64,000 nt of DNA. Source: the human T2T-CHM13v2.0 reference genome, Homo sapiens. Location: NCBI RefSeq assembly GCF_009914755.1, contig NC_060932.1; one strand, written 5' to 3'. The notes beneath the pieces were generated by a model. It searched no databases, was not told where the DNA came from, and was given only the letters and a program-made list of their open reading frames with translations. The position numbers were made by a program, and so were the translations under genes. Shown here piece by piece: positions 29,098 through 45,171 of this stretch. The stretch's first letter is position 1; the number at the start of each line of letters is the position of its first letter.

Positions 29098-29526
29098 AAG
29101 TTGCTCCTAGTCTCAGTGCAGCCCATCCTCAGGTGAACATCTGAGTGCTGCCAGCCTACCATAGTATTCCAGTTCTGGAGGCTAAGAAGTCCAAGATCAG
29201 GGTACTGCTTAATATGGCTCCTGGTAAGGAACACTTCCTTGTGTTCAGATGGCCACCTTCTCACTGTGTCCTCACACAGCAGAGAGAAATCTCTCTCTCT
29301 CTCCCTTTTCATATAAATCCCCTGATCCCATCATGGGAACCTTGCCCTTATGACCTCATCTAACGCTAATTACCTCCCAAAGCCCCATCTCCAAATACCA
29401 TCACGTTAGGTAATAGGGCTTCAACAAATGAATTTGTGGAGGGACATAATCATTTAGTACATGATCTCTCTGAGGAGAGAAAACCAAATTGTGGGCTAAG
29501 TCTGACCTTCAAGATTCAGGAAATCC

Positions 29527-29607
29527 AGCCGGGTGTGGTGGCTCACGCCTGTAATCCCAACACTTTGGGAGGTCAAGACAGGTGGATCGCTAGAGCCCAG
29601 GAGTTCC
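29527..29607 (+). mobile_element. 3'-truncated Alu left-arm fragment ending in a fold-back
   Basis: 'gccgggtgtggtggctcacgcctgtaatcccaacactttgggagg...gagcccaggagttcc', then an inverted copy. Confidence 0.85.
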
Positions 29608-29679
29608 AGAGGGAACTCCTGTGCTAAGTGCTAGCATGGAGTAATCACTCATAACCATTCATTTAAAAAGAAGTGCAAG

Positions 29680-30003
<324 letters not shown>

Positions 30004-30607
30004 AATGTGAGGAGGGGAGTCATTTCCAAATGAGACCTGGGGAGGGATGGGAAAGATTCCCAGAGGGTGGCAAGATCTTATCTGAACATTAAATCCTGGT
30101 GTTAGGGGAGAAGTTAGGTAGGCTATGATGGGTAAGGGTATCAGGCTAAAAAGCACCTGAGTTTGGAGAACTGTAAACAAATGTGTCTGGGTGGAATGTT
30201 AGGGAGGCATAGGGGTATGGGTTTGGACCCTGGGTATCCTTAAAATCCAGACCTCTTTAGGTTTTGTCCCATGCTTTACCTTATTCAATAGAATGCAGCA
30301 CCTCATCTTCAGTGCTTATGAAAAATGTTTTAACTCAAAGTACATTGTTCCAATAAACCCAAATACAATCATGAAAAAAAAAATCTGCTTTTCCCTTCAC
30401 ATTGTTCAGGAGCAAATCCCAGTTTGATTTTATACTCAGGAGCTTGTTCTGCCCTAATGTAAAAAATACATAATGGGACTCAAGTGGAACATAAAACTAT
30501 TTCAAAGGAATTTTTTGTTCAAAACAAAGCCCCCTTTAACCCCTGAGACACCGAAAGTTAAGCGAATTATTAGGATTTTTTTTCCCATATTTCTTCTTTT
30601 AAGATAA

Positions 30608-30955
<348 letters not shown>

Positions 30956-31051
30956 CTAATCTAATCTAATAGGTAAAGTGATTCTGAGTTAGTGAAACTT
31001 AAGTATTATTCAATATGTTTAAAGCTATCTTAATACTTTCTAGAACAATGA

Positions 31052-31405
<354 letters not shown>

Positions 31406-32174
31406 ATTAGGCATCTTAATGAACAGATAATGATTGGTAATTGTGCCTGAATTAGTTCTATGTAAATGCATTCTGCCAAAATGGTTTAAAGAATGAATGA
31501 GAAAACTCTTGGTCCCCTTAAATACAGTTATACCTCCATTTAATTTGTACTAGACACAAAAATGAATTAGATACACTCCCTACCCTCTGGCATCGCACAG
31601 TCTAATTTAAGCAAATGAAAACAATAAGCTTCAGAATGTTGCAATAGAGGTAAAATTGAAGTCTTACCAGAATACTTAACAGACAGTCCTCTTGGGTCTT
31701 TGCATTATTATTTTGTTTAATAAATCCTATTTTTAAGAACAATTGAAAGTGATGCTGCTATTCAATTTAACTAAAATTAAATCCCACTCCCATTAGCCCC
31801 AAATTAGTGGATTCGAAACACATAAGATCTCAGTGCATATAATGTATGACACATATTTTCTCCTAAGAATCGTACCAACAGAAACAGTCTGCTGTTCCAA
31901 ATTTCTTTCTTTGCACTTGTCTTACTTGAAGACTCAACTTTGCAAGCTGTGGGGGAAAGTAATCATCTGTTTATGTATCATGAAGATGAGAGTTTCTCGA
32001 TGATAAGGGATTACAGCTTTAATCTTCTTTGATTCCCTAGATCCTAGAACAAATTAATAGAAGGTGAGGGAGAAAGAAAATGAGTGAGTGAGTGAATAAT
32101 TCATAGAAAGAAGGTTTTGTTCAAAAAACACCCATTTAGTGGAGGAAATGTCATCTAATAATGCAACAATCATA

Positions 32175-32320
32175 AGATAATGATAATGATTGAGTACCTA
32201 CCATGTGCCATGTTTTCTTCTAAGCACTTCATTTGTGGTGGTTCATTTAATCTTCCTTGTCCTGGGGACTGCCTTCATTTTACAAGTGAGGAAAATGGAC
32301 ACAGAGAGGTTATATATTGT
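32175..32320. mobile_element. MIR fragment
   Basis: 'ttgagtacctaccatgtgcca...catttaatctt...cattttacaagtgaggaaa'. Confidence 0.65.
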
Positions 32321-32929
32321 AGGGAGCTGGGACCCTATTTAAGAGCTCTTTACTGAAGTGCGTGGCCCCATAGGGCCTTGTGGAAACCTGTTCCCTAAAT
32401 GTGTATGCTATTTTGTGTGTGTGTGTATTTTCTGGGGAGAAGAGTCATAGTCTATTCGGATACCCAAACTGGCCTATTACATCCCCCCTCCCAAAAAGTT
32501 AAGACACTGTATGTGTTTCCATTTCAACTTAGATATTAATATTGAGTGAATGAAATAGTCACTACACTAAATTGACTATAAATCTGGTAGTCATGTTATA
32601 AAATAAGGGTTTTCCACACTCCAACTCCATTTCCTCCAGTTTTCTCTAAAAATAAATGAAAAACAAAAAGACTCTTAGAGAAACGAATTCTACCAAACTT
32701 CCCTGAATGCCTGTCAGACTTTTCCACAGGACAGAGGAAAAACTAGTAACAAAATCAGGAAAGTGCACCGGTGATCATGTTTGCCAAACCCAGCAGCATT
32801 TCCTCAGGTCTCCAATTTTTAGTAGTTTCAGATCCTTCCCCACCTGCCTGGAAATCCTGTTCCTTCCTCATTCTCCTAGTTTTACTCCTATCCAAATCTA
32901 TGCTCTTAACTTTCTACTCTTCCTTTTTC

Positions 32930-33350
32930 TCATATTTTGTCAAAGCTGTCATCCAGTCTCATGACTTCAGTATGAACTGCTAACCCAGCAAACTCCAATC
33001 TTTGCAGGTCGTTCATGCCCTTTCCCCTAAAGGTTGACTGCACACTTTCGACCACACACTGCACATTTCCAAGGGATGTCCTATTCCCATCTCAAATTCA
33101 GCACATCTGAAACTTGACAGCATCTGCCCCATCGAACCAACACTTTTTCTGGCTTCCAGTTCATCAGTGATGCCAGCATTATTGACAGTATTTGTGCCTA
33201 AAATCAGGAAACCATTTGGTACGACCTTTTCTCATATTTCCCCATATCTAAGACGTATCTTTCACAATATTTGCCTCATCTGCCTCTTCCTTTTAATTCC
33301 TCCTGCACTCCTCCTAACCCAGAAATTCCTCATCACTTCCTCCTCCCTAT
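32930..33350. mobile_element. L2 fragment
   Basis: 'catccagtctcatgacttca...catctcaaattcagcacatctgaaac'. Confidence 0.55.
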
Positions 33351-33524
33351 CATGTCTAGTCTCTTAGATTTGTATGTTGGTTTCTTTATAATATTCCCTA
33401 TGCATCCTTCAGGACTTAAGTCCCATTTCTTCCACAAAGTCTCCTCTAAGAACACTACAATGCTACCTTTCCTCACCAAGTGAACAAACTACTTATTTGA
33501 CACTTACCATCAAAATTCAACAAA

Positions 33525-33795
33525 GGCCAGACATGATGGCACCTGTAGTCCCAGACCTTTGGGAGACTGAGGTGGGAGAACTGCTTGAAACCAGGAGTTC
33601 AAGACCAGCCTGGGCAACACAGTGAGACCCCCCAAACCTCTATAAAAATTTTTTTTTAATTAACCAAGCATGGTGACACATGTATATAGTCCCAGCTACT
33701 CAGGAGGCTGAGACAAGAGGATTGCTTGAGCCCAGGAGTTCAAATCCAGCCTGGGCAACATAGCAAGACCCTGTATCTAAGAAAAAAAAAAAACA
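33525..33795 (+). mobile_element. Old Alu composed of two FLAM-like monomers
   Basis: The second monomer runs 'gagcccaggagttcaaatccagcctgggcaacatagcaagacc' without the right-arm-specific insert. Confidence 0.8.
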
Positions 33796-34162
33796 ACAAC
33801 AGAGTTTAGAAAAGGGTGGGACAACCTTGTATGGCTTCCAATTTTATGGATAAGGAAACTGAACTCAAAAAATATTCAGTGATTTGCCCAAGGTCATACC
33901 ACTGATCTGTGACAGAAGCTGTAGAACCAATGATTGCACCTAGCCTAAGCAACAGTCTCCAATACCAAGCTCTCAGCTCCTTGGAGGGCAAAAGCATGCC
34001 TTTTACCTCTTCACAGCCTCCTGTATGTCCAGCACAGCATTGTGTACATAGTAAATGCTCAATAAATAAAAATACCATCTAAGGAGAGAAAGAGATCAGG
34101 AATAGGAAAGAAGGGAGAGTATGAAGAAGGCACAGCTAGCCTGGCAAATCTAAGAAATCCAC

Positions 34163-35640
<1,478 letters not shown>

Positions 35641-36016
35641 CATCAAGGTCTCCTTCCTGGGGCACCTCTGTTTGCCAGTGGCAAACATTAGTGAGGCTTA
35701 ATTTTTTTTTAATCTTCTTTTTTTTTTTTTTTCTGTTGCCCCATGAGAAGCTCCAAAGGCAAGCAGGATTAAGGCTTTTTAGGGTTAGGAAAATTGTCTT
35801 AAGAATCACCATAGTGTACTTTCTAGGCTAGAGGAAGAAAAAAACTTATGTTTATATCTACAAAAAGGATATGATTCCACTATGGTGAGAAGATACTTAA
35901 TTGTAGCCATGCTCTGCGGCAGCTTTTCCTAGTCAATTTAAAGCAAAATTCTATTTTTCAATTCTTACTTTACCAGTTTCTGGTAAGGCGTTGGGTATTT
36001 ATAAAAAGAAGGCCCT

Positions 36017-36334
<318 letters not shown>

Positions 36335-36949
36335 TTATAAACAGCACTAATTTTTTTTCCTATTAAAACTAATAATGCAATGAACATATCCTCACAGAAC
36401 AGGTGTTCTTAAAAAGCTGAATTCCTTCCTTGAAATAGACTTCTAGGATTAATATTATTGGGTCACAGGGTAGGAAAGAATTCCTGCTTGTTATGTGTTA
36501 TATATATATATCTCCTCACAAAGCTTTCTGAAAGTATTGTACCAAATGGAAATGCCACTAGAAGCGTATGCAGTTATTAATTTGTCCAGGTCAATTTAAG
36601 ACCTGTTGGTGTTAATGGTATGTCAGGTGCAATGCATTATTTTATGATCCTGTCTGATACCTGATGGAAACAGGTTTCCCACCCTAACAACTCTTCCCTC
36701 TAGGGGTGGTCTTTGGTCATATGCCCCATTACTTTTCCAAATTAATATCTTAAAAAAAATTTGAAGATTTCCAGGGCAATAATCCTGTAGTTATTTTGAT
36801 TAGAATCGTGCCTCTATAAATTATGAATCTACAGATTAAAAATAATAGACATATTGAAAGATTGGATGTTCCCATTCAAGAGCAGCATTCATGTATTATG
36901 TTGATTTTTTTTTCCTCCTGCACTCCTGGTCATGTCTGCAGCCATGTTG

Positions 36950-37530
36950 ACAGTGTAAGGGTGTGTCAGAGAAAGCCATTCCTCTCCAGGACACAAGCTT
37001 CTCCTCTCCTTTCTGGGCTCTCCCAGGAAGACTTCATGTCCTAGTGCCCTTGCAGCTAGGTGCACCCATGTGGCTGAGCCCTGGACAGTGGAATATGGAA
37101 AAAAGTCACGTGCTGCCTGCGGGCCTGACCTCTGACACCTCTCATGAGAGCCTCTACACTCGCTCACTTCCCTCTTCACTTGCCAGCGAGATGTAAAGGA
37201 TCCTGGGTAGAATCCCACTGGGTGGATCCCACTGGGTGGAGGCCTAGTTCTCTCATCACCATGGGGCAGGCCAACCTTCCCATGGTTTACTGGACCATCT
37301 TCACATGGTTGTCACCCTAGGTGTCTGTATCCTAATCTCTTTTTATAAGAACGCCAGTCAGATTAGATTGCAGACTCACCATAATGATTTTATTTTACCT
37401 TCATCACCTCTTCAAAGGCTCTGTCTCCAAATACAGTCACATTCTGACCATCAAGTAAGTAAAAAATAAAAATGTTGCTGTGTTAACCCACTAAGATTTG
37501 GCGGTTATTTACCTGATTGTTGCAACAGGT
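36950..37530 (+). mobile_element. Old MaLR LTR (MLT1I/J-like) containing a 150-bp insertion
   Basis: 'cccttgcagctaggtgcacccatgtggctgag' and 3' end 'aaataaaaatgttgctgtgttaacccactaagatttgg'. Confidence 0.65.
37298..37447 (+). repeat. Local direct duplicate of 39175-39327
   Basis: Manual alignment gives 8 substitutions and one 3-nt indel over 150 bp. Bounded by GACCATC on both sides. Confidence 0.92.
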
Positions 37531-37581
37531 AACCTACTTTAATGGAATAGGGAGACTCCCTAAACTTCTAAGCCAAAGACT

Positions 37582-37654
37582 TATATCAGTCAAGGTTCTC
37601 CAGGGAAACAGAATCAATAGGATTTTATAGAGAGAGAGAGAGAGAGGGAGAGAC

Positions 37655-37687
<33 letters not shown>

Positions 37688-38148
37688 AGGAGAGAGAGAG
37701 AGAGAGGGAGAGAGAGAGAGAGACAAACAGACTTATTTTAAGGAACTGGTTCACATGATTGTGGGAGTTTGCAAGTCTGAAGTCTATAGGGCAGGCCAGT
37801 AGGCTGGAATTCAGGTAAGAGTCAATGTTGTACTCTTAAGTCTGAAATCCTCAGAGCAGGCCAGCTGGAAACTCGGGCAGCCTTAAGACGGAATTCTCAT
37901 CTACATTGCAGCCTTGAGACAGAATTCCATCTTAACCCTCAGTCTTTGCTCTTAATGCCTTCAACTGACTAGACGAGGCCCACCCACATTACAGAGGGTG
38001 ATCGGCTTAACTCAAAGTCTACTGTAATAAATGTTAATCACATCTAAAAAACAAAAAAATCCCTGTCACAGCAACACCTAGACTGTTGTTTGACTGAACA
38101 GCTGGGCCCAACAGCCCAGGCAAGTTGACATATAAAAATAGCCATCAT
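37582..38148 (-). mobile_element. ERVL solo LTR (MLT2 family) with internal (GA)n
   Basis: 'cagtcaaggttctccagggaaacagaatcaatagg', (GA)n at 37629-37722, ends 'caagttgacatataaaaatagccatcata'. Confidence 0.85.
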
Positions 38149-38371
38149 AGAAACCAAAGCAGTAACATTTTTTAAAAAGAAATTAGAGAGATCATAATGT
38201 AATAAAAACAATATTGAGCTTAGACATAGGCAGATCTGAGTCACAAGCTCTTATAATTGCTGTGTTCTCTTACAAAATATACATATCATCTGTATAGTTT
38301 TCTCATCTATAAAAGAAGGATAATGTAATACATCATGCAAGTTTGTGGGAAAAATTTAAAAAGATGTTTGT

Positions 38372-38638
<267 letters not shown>

Positions 38639-39024
38639 TTTTTAAAGGAGATGTTTGTAAAGTTCACAGCCCAATACTTGACATGTGAGAGCAATGGTCC
38701 TCCTCTTCTTCCACGCAGAGGGGAGTGGTGCCCTCTCTTTTAGCAGTGGCCTTAGAATGACAGCTCAGCTCCTAAGTCCTCTCCAGCCCATTCCTCAGAG
38801 GTGATTCACTGGATTTTCCAACCACTTAGTATACTTAGTCTATTTAGGCTGCAAGAGCCACTTCATCATTACATGGAAATCACAAGAACTCAAAAACAGA
38901 AAATCTATTTACAGATAGGTAAATTACAGGGACAGTAAAACTAGTGAGATCCTCAACTTGACCAGCTTAACAAAAATGTATATCTTCAATTCAGAAGCCC
39001 ATCCTGTTGAATCCACTTCTTAGC

Positions 39025-39395
39025 TGTATGAGTTTGCTGAGGCTGCCATGACAAAGTACCGCAGACTGGTGACTTCAGCAACAGATATTTATTTTCTTAT
39101 AGTTCTAGAGGCTAAATGTTGGTTTCCTCTGAGGCCTCCCTCCTTGGCTGGTAGATGGCTGTCTTCTCCCTCTGTCTTCACATGGTTGTCACCCCGGGTG
39201 TCTGTATCCTAATCTCCTCTTTTTATAAGGACGCCAGTCACATTAGATTGCAGCCTCACCATAATGATTTTATTTTAACTTAATCATCTCTTCAAAGGCT
39301 CTGTCTCCAAATACAGTCACATTCTGAGATATTAGGCGGTTACGATTTAAAAATGTGAACTCGAATTTGGAGGGAAGACACAATTCAGCCCAGGA
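39025..39395 (-). mobile_element. MaLR solo LTR (MLT1B-like)
   Basis: 'tgtatgagtttgctgaggctgccatgacaaagtacc...ctgtctccaaatacagtcacattctgag...acacaattcagccc'. Confidence 0.85.
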
Positions 39396-39559
39396 TACCA
39401 CCTAATTTACCAAACATCTCCATTCCAACCACCCTCATACAATGACATATGCACTAAAAACCTAGGCTCTGTTCTCACTCCCTGGTGCTTAAAGGGACCT
39501 CACTCTGACTGTTCTGTTATCGACTCATACCACAAGAAATCATGGAAGATTGGAGCTGA

Positions 39560-39589
39560 TACACACATACACACACACACGCACACACA
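39560..39589. repeat. (CA)n microsatellite
   Basis: Interrupted CA run. Confidence 0.85.
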
Positions 39590-40509
39590 TTCTTTGTGAT
39601 TGGTCTTCAGCATCCATTCTTTGACCTGGAACTGAGCCGTATAGGAATTGAATTGGTGACCTTGTTAGCAAGATTTGCTAACCACTCACAAATGGAAAGG
39701 GAGCATATTGCAAAATAGAACAGGTCAGGGAACTCCTCTTAGCCTACTTACCTAGGGACACCAAGCATATTGCAGTTTAGTAGAAATAACCAATATCTAA
39801 ATTAAATGGTCCAGAGTGCATGAACTATATCAATAATCAGCCTGCATTTCAGATGAAAGAACCATAAGCATTTAATTATCACAGAAGGCCAAAGAAAAAG
39901 CATCCAAAGACTGTTCTAACAAAGAGGTAGACACCCCTCTGAATTTTGAACAGATTTCTAAATCAAAAAGGGCAGTAAATCATGTTACTTATCATTTAAA
40001 AATAACCAGGATTTAAGAAATGAAATTAGACAAGTGATTAACTCATCAACTTCAGCCAGAGTTCCTTTGATAGTTGGAAGGAAATAAAAGCCAGCCAAGA
40101 AATAAACATTTCAAATTCAGGTGCTTTGCAATCTGTGCTCCAAATGTTTTCCCTCAGCTTGTGAAGAGGTGGCTTGCTCTGCATACACAGCAGCCAAATT
40201 GCTGGCTTAAGTCAATTATCTTCAAAATAAGAGCACTGGCAGAAAAGAGGAGAAGCTACAGTCACAATGGTCAAAAGTCCATTAGAGAGAAATAGTCTTT
40301 CTAGGGCAGGGACCAGGAAATATGCTGGCTAAACTGGAGGGGTTGTCAAGGTGCTATTGAGAGATGTTTGAGGTTTTACTTTTGTTTTCCCCCTTGCTAT
40401 TTCCATTTATACTGGGACTCCAAGGATGGGGTAGAGTCTTCTGTATTGAAATTGAAAGATGTCCATGATAGAGTAAGAAAAAATATAGATAACGGGACAG
40501 TATGTGTAA

Positions 40510-40568
40510 AGAGAGAAAGAGAGAGAGAGACAGACAGAGAGAGAGAGACAGAAACAGAGAGAGAGAGA
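40510..40568. repeat. (GA)n-like microsatellite
   Basis: GAGA/GACA run read directly. Confidence 0.9.
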
Positions 40569-40579
40569 ATTGCTTGGTA

Positions 40580-40797
40580 GATTAGAAGGAGCCAAGGCTG
40601 CCTGGGTTCAAATTCCAGCTCTGCTCTTTACCTCCTCTGTGGCCTTGGGCACTTTAACTCTATGCCTCAGTTTCTCCATCTACAAAATGGAAACAATATA
40701 AACAGTACCAATTTCCTAGAACTGTTACTGTTATGAGGATTGAGTTAACAAAGGTAAAGCAAGAAAAATGGTAATTCTATAGAATTAAATAGTAAGT
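40580..40797. mobile_element. MIR fragment
   Basis: 'ctgcctgggttcaaattccagctctgc...ccttgggca...tgcctcagtttctccatctacaaaatgg'. Confidence 0.75.
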
Positions 40798-41097
40798 GGC
40801 CAGACGCGGTGGCTCACGCCTGTAATCCCAGCGCCTTGGGAGGCCAAGACAGATGCATCACTTGAGGTCAGGAGTTTGAGACCAGCCTGGCCAACATGGT
40901 GAAACCCTATCTCTACTGAAAATACAAAAATTAGCCAGGAGTTAGCACACGCCTGTAGTCCCAGCTACTTTGGAGGTGAGGCAGGAGAATTGCTTGAACC
41001 CAGGAGGCGGAGGTTGCAGTGAGCAGAGATCACACCACTGCACTCCAGCCTGGACCACAGAGCGAGACCTTGTCTCAAAAATAAATAAATAAATAAA
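40798..41097 (+). mobile_element. Alu (AluS-type) with TSD AAATAGTAAGT
   Basis: Dimer with (TAAA)n tail and flanking direct repeat. Confidence 0.95.
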
Positions 41098-41221
41098 TAG
41101 TAAGTGCTATCCAAGTGTAAACTGCTCCAATTATAGTATGATTCTTTATTTTGTAAAACAAGCCTCCACCCCATCCCCCACAAAAAAAAAAAAAACCTTT
41201 TTAATAACAAGGTGTATTTTC

Positions 41222-41460
41222 CAGGGTCAAGGTTAGGGTGAGATTAATGAGGGACAATAACAGAATTCACCTCGGGTATAAAATTTAAGAAATGCCAAAA
41301 AATTCAGTAATCAAGATAAATAATATTCCAATGCAATGTTTTTAAAAAGTAATGCAAAAAAATTGATGATGAACAAAACATTAAAATTTTAAATAAAGAC
41401 AAGATCTGTATTACTGATTTTTTTCTTTTGCCTCAGGCTTCAGTATGGCTTGGCATGGGG
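41222..41460. mobile_element. MER96-like hAT DNA transposon
   Basis: 'cagggtcaaggttagggtgag...cagtaatcaagataaataatatt...ttttgcctcaggcttcagtatggcttggca'. Confidence 0.7.
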
Positions 41461-41539
41461 TATATTCCTTTATATCACAGGCAAATATTTGGCAGGTTAT
41501 AGCCCAAACTTTTATTTTTGGAGTGAGACATTACCTAGG

Positions 41540-42574
<1,035 letters not shown>

Positions 42575-42842
42575 CTAGGATTTCATTTTCTGTTTTACAT
42601 TTCTGTATTTTGTTTTTACTTTTTTGCTATGAGAACATACACAAAATAAATGAGGATTCTTACAATTTAATTTCTCCATGAAACCTTGAAAGAAAAACAC
42701 AAGATGATACTAAAGTACTCATATATCTAGGCAGTCAATCAACAGAAGTGAATGAGGCCTCACTCCCTACAGAGACGCCATCGGCAAACTACCTTCCTGC
42801 ATTGCAGAGCTTGCTACTTCATTCTTTAAATCGACAAAAAGA

Positions 42843-43146
42843 GGCTGGGCTTGGCTGTAATCACAGCACTTTGGGAGGCTGAGACAGGTGGATCACCTGA
42901 CGTCAGGAGTTGGAGACCAGCCTGGCCAACATGGTGAAACCTGTCTCTACTAAAAATACAAAAGTTAGCTGGGAGTGGTGGTGGGTGCCTGTAATCTCAG
43001 CTACTCAGGAGGCTGAGACAGGAGAATTGCTTGAACCCCGGAGGCAGAAGTTGCAGTAAGCCGAGATCATGTGCCACTGCACTCTAGCCTGGGTGACAAG
43101 AGTGAAACTCCTTCTCAAATAATAATAATAATAATAAATAATAAAA
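42843..43146 (+). mobile_element. Alu (AluS-type) with (TAA)n tail
   Basis: Alu dimer with a small 5' deletion. Confidence 0.93.
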
Positions 43147-43464
43147 ACATAAATCTGCAAAAAAAAAAAAACACAAATTGGGAAATAAATAAGAGTAAAA
43201 TTCACAAAGCCTTTCTGGGCCTCATTTTTTTCATCGTTTCATAGGTTCTCACCAATATCTCTCTTGGATCAAGTGAAGAGTTTTCTATTTTCCTGTTTCC
43301 AAGGGAAACCCAGGCCTTCGGGCTGCTGTCCTGCCCCATCTCACTAAGCCCCAAAGTCTGGGAGCTGGAGGGCTCTTCAGAAACCTTATTGGTGAACTGT
43401 TGGCAGAAGCCGGGATGAACATGCACTTGTGAATCCAAAGGCCTGGTAATGAGTTTACTTCCAC

Positions 43465-43625
43465 ACATACCCAGTGGCTAGACTTTGGAAGTGTTCCTCC
43501 ATCTCTCTGATTCTGTTTCTTATCTGCAAATGAGAAATAATAATACTCACTTCCTAGGGTAACTGTGATGATCAAGTGAGAGAATATATGTAATGCATTC
43601 AGTACCTGGTAGGCCCTCAATAAAT
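43465..43625. mobile_element. MIR fragment
   Basis: 'tctgtttcttatctgcaaatgagaaataataatactcacttcctaggg...ctcaataaat'. Confidence 0.7.
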
Positions 43626-44488
43626 ATAAGTTCTTTCATTTCTTCTTAGATCAAAGTTTTAAAACATTTCAATTTAAAGGACTTTTTGCTATTAGAGGGA
43701 AGCAGAAATATGTCAAAACCAAGGAGCAAGTGATAAGATAGAGATTTCACTTTGGAGAAAGGTGTGTAGCATCTCATTTGCAGTAGATTTTTCCTCCTAA
43801 TCCCATTCATTTGAACAAATATTAAAATTCTTGGACATTCGATGAGCACAACTGTTGATCTGAGAAGGTGACCCAAGAGCCTGCTGGTAACAGAAGATGG
43901 GCAGTGATTAATAATTTGCTATGTTTAATCCCTAAAGCAGATCAATAGAAAGTAGATAGAAGTTTGCTGAAATTTTTTTTCTTTCTGGATTATTTCCAAT
44001 AAAAAGAAGCCACAACATTTTCCTAACATAGCTTAACCTTCATGAAAATTTTATAATATCTGAAAAAAATGGGGTTGGGACCATGGATCATGACACTTGA
44101 TAGAAGGTTTTCAAAGACCATTTGTTTACCAACAGCACACTGAAAGCAAGGAGAGTTCACCATAAACCAGCAAATCTCCCGGCATACATGCTGCCATTTC
44201 CCCTCAATTATCTTATTATTGCTTTTTTAGAATATATCTTTTTATTTTAATAATATTAATGAAGTTTTCCATCAGAAAAATTAAAGGCAAACATTTTTTA
44301 AATCTATAATCCTGCTATCTAGGTAGCCTTTGCTGACATTTGAACAATAAAATAAAAAGCAATGCTTCCACATGATTAGAATATTAATTACGGAAAGGTA
44401 TAAGAGTAAATAGGAGTTTAGCCTCAACCACACTCCCAACTCATTCTGTTATTTTACCCCAAAAGTAAGCCTAGAGTTCCTTGGAGAG

Positions 44489-44610
44489 GAGCTGGGCACA
44501 GTGGCGTGTGCCTGCAATCCCAAGCTACTCAGGAGGCTGAGGCGGGAGGATCACATGAGCCTAGGAGTTTGAATCCAGTCTGGGTAGAGCATGGCAGGGT
44601 TCTATCTCTA
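44489..44610 (+). mobile_element. FLAM (Alu monomer) with TSD AGAGTTCCTTGGAGAG
   Basis: Single monomer. The direct repeat occurs at about 44473 and 44632. Confidence 0.88.
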
Positions 44611-44753
44611 TTCTTTTTTTAAAAAATTTTAAGAGTTCCTTGGAGAGCATTGCAGAAAAAATTGCAATGCCTATACCAGTCTTTACATATCTTTTACAAT
44701 TATACATAAGAGATTATGCTAATCACAAAGTTATCCAGCCTTCTTTTTCATCT

Positions 44754-45171
44754 GTATTATAGGCTGAATTGTGTCTCTCCTAAAATTTATATGTTGAAGT
44801 CCTAACACCCAGTACCGCAAAAAAAGACTCTATTTGGAAATAGGGCCTTTAAAGAAGTAATTAAAATGGGGCCATCAGGTGGGCCCTAATCCAGTCTAAC
44901 TTGTGTCCTTATTAGAAGAGGAAATTAGGATACCCAAAGAGATCCCTGTGTGTTTGCACAGAGGGAGACATGTGAAGAGCCAGCCAGGGAATGGCCATCT
45001 GCAAGCCAATGAGAGTGATCTGGGAGGAAACTAACACTGCCAGCACCTTGATCTTGGACTTCCAGCCTCCAGGACTGTGAGAAAATAGATGGCTGTGAGA
45101 AAATAGATGGCTGTGATTTAAGCCACCCTGTCTGTGTTACTCTGTTATGGCAGCACTAGCAAACTAACACA
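44754..45171 (+). mobile_element. MaLR solo LTR (MLT1B-like)
   Basis: 'tgtattataggctgaattgtgtc...atgttgaagtcctaacacccagtacc...ggcagcactagcaaactaacaca'. Confidence 0.88.

Larger units (their letters stand above)
28535..29460 (-). mobile_element. MaLR LTR (MLT1A-like) split by an insertion at about 28609-29169
   Basis: 'aaaataccatagactgggtggctttaacaacagacatttattttcccac' resumes as 'agttctggaggctaagaagtccaagatcaggg', which is contiguous in the MLT1A consensus as I recall it. Confidence 0.85.
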
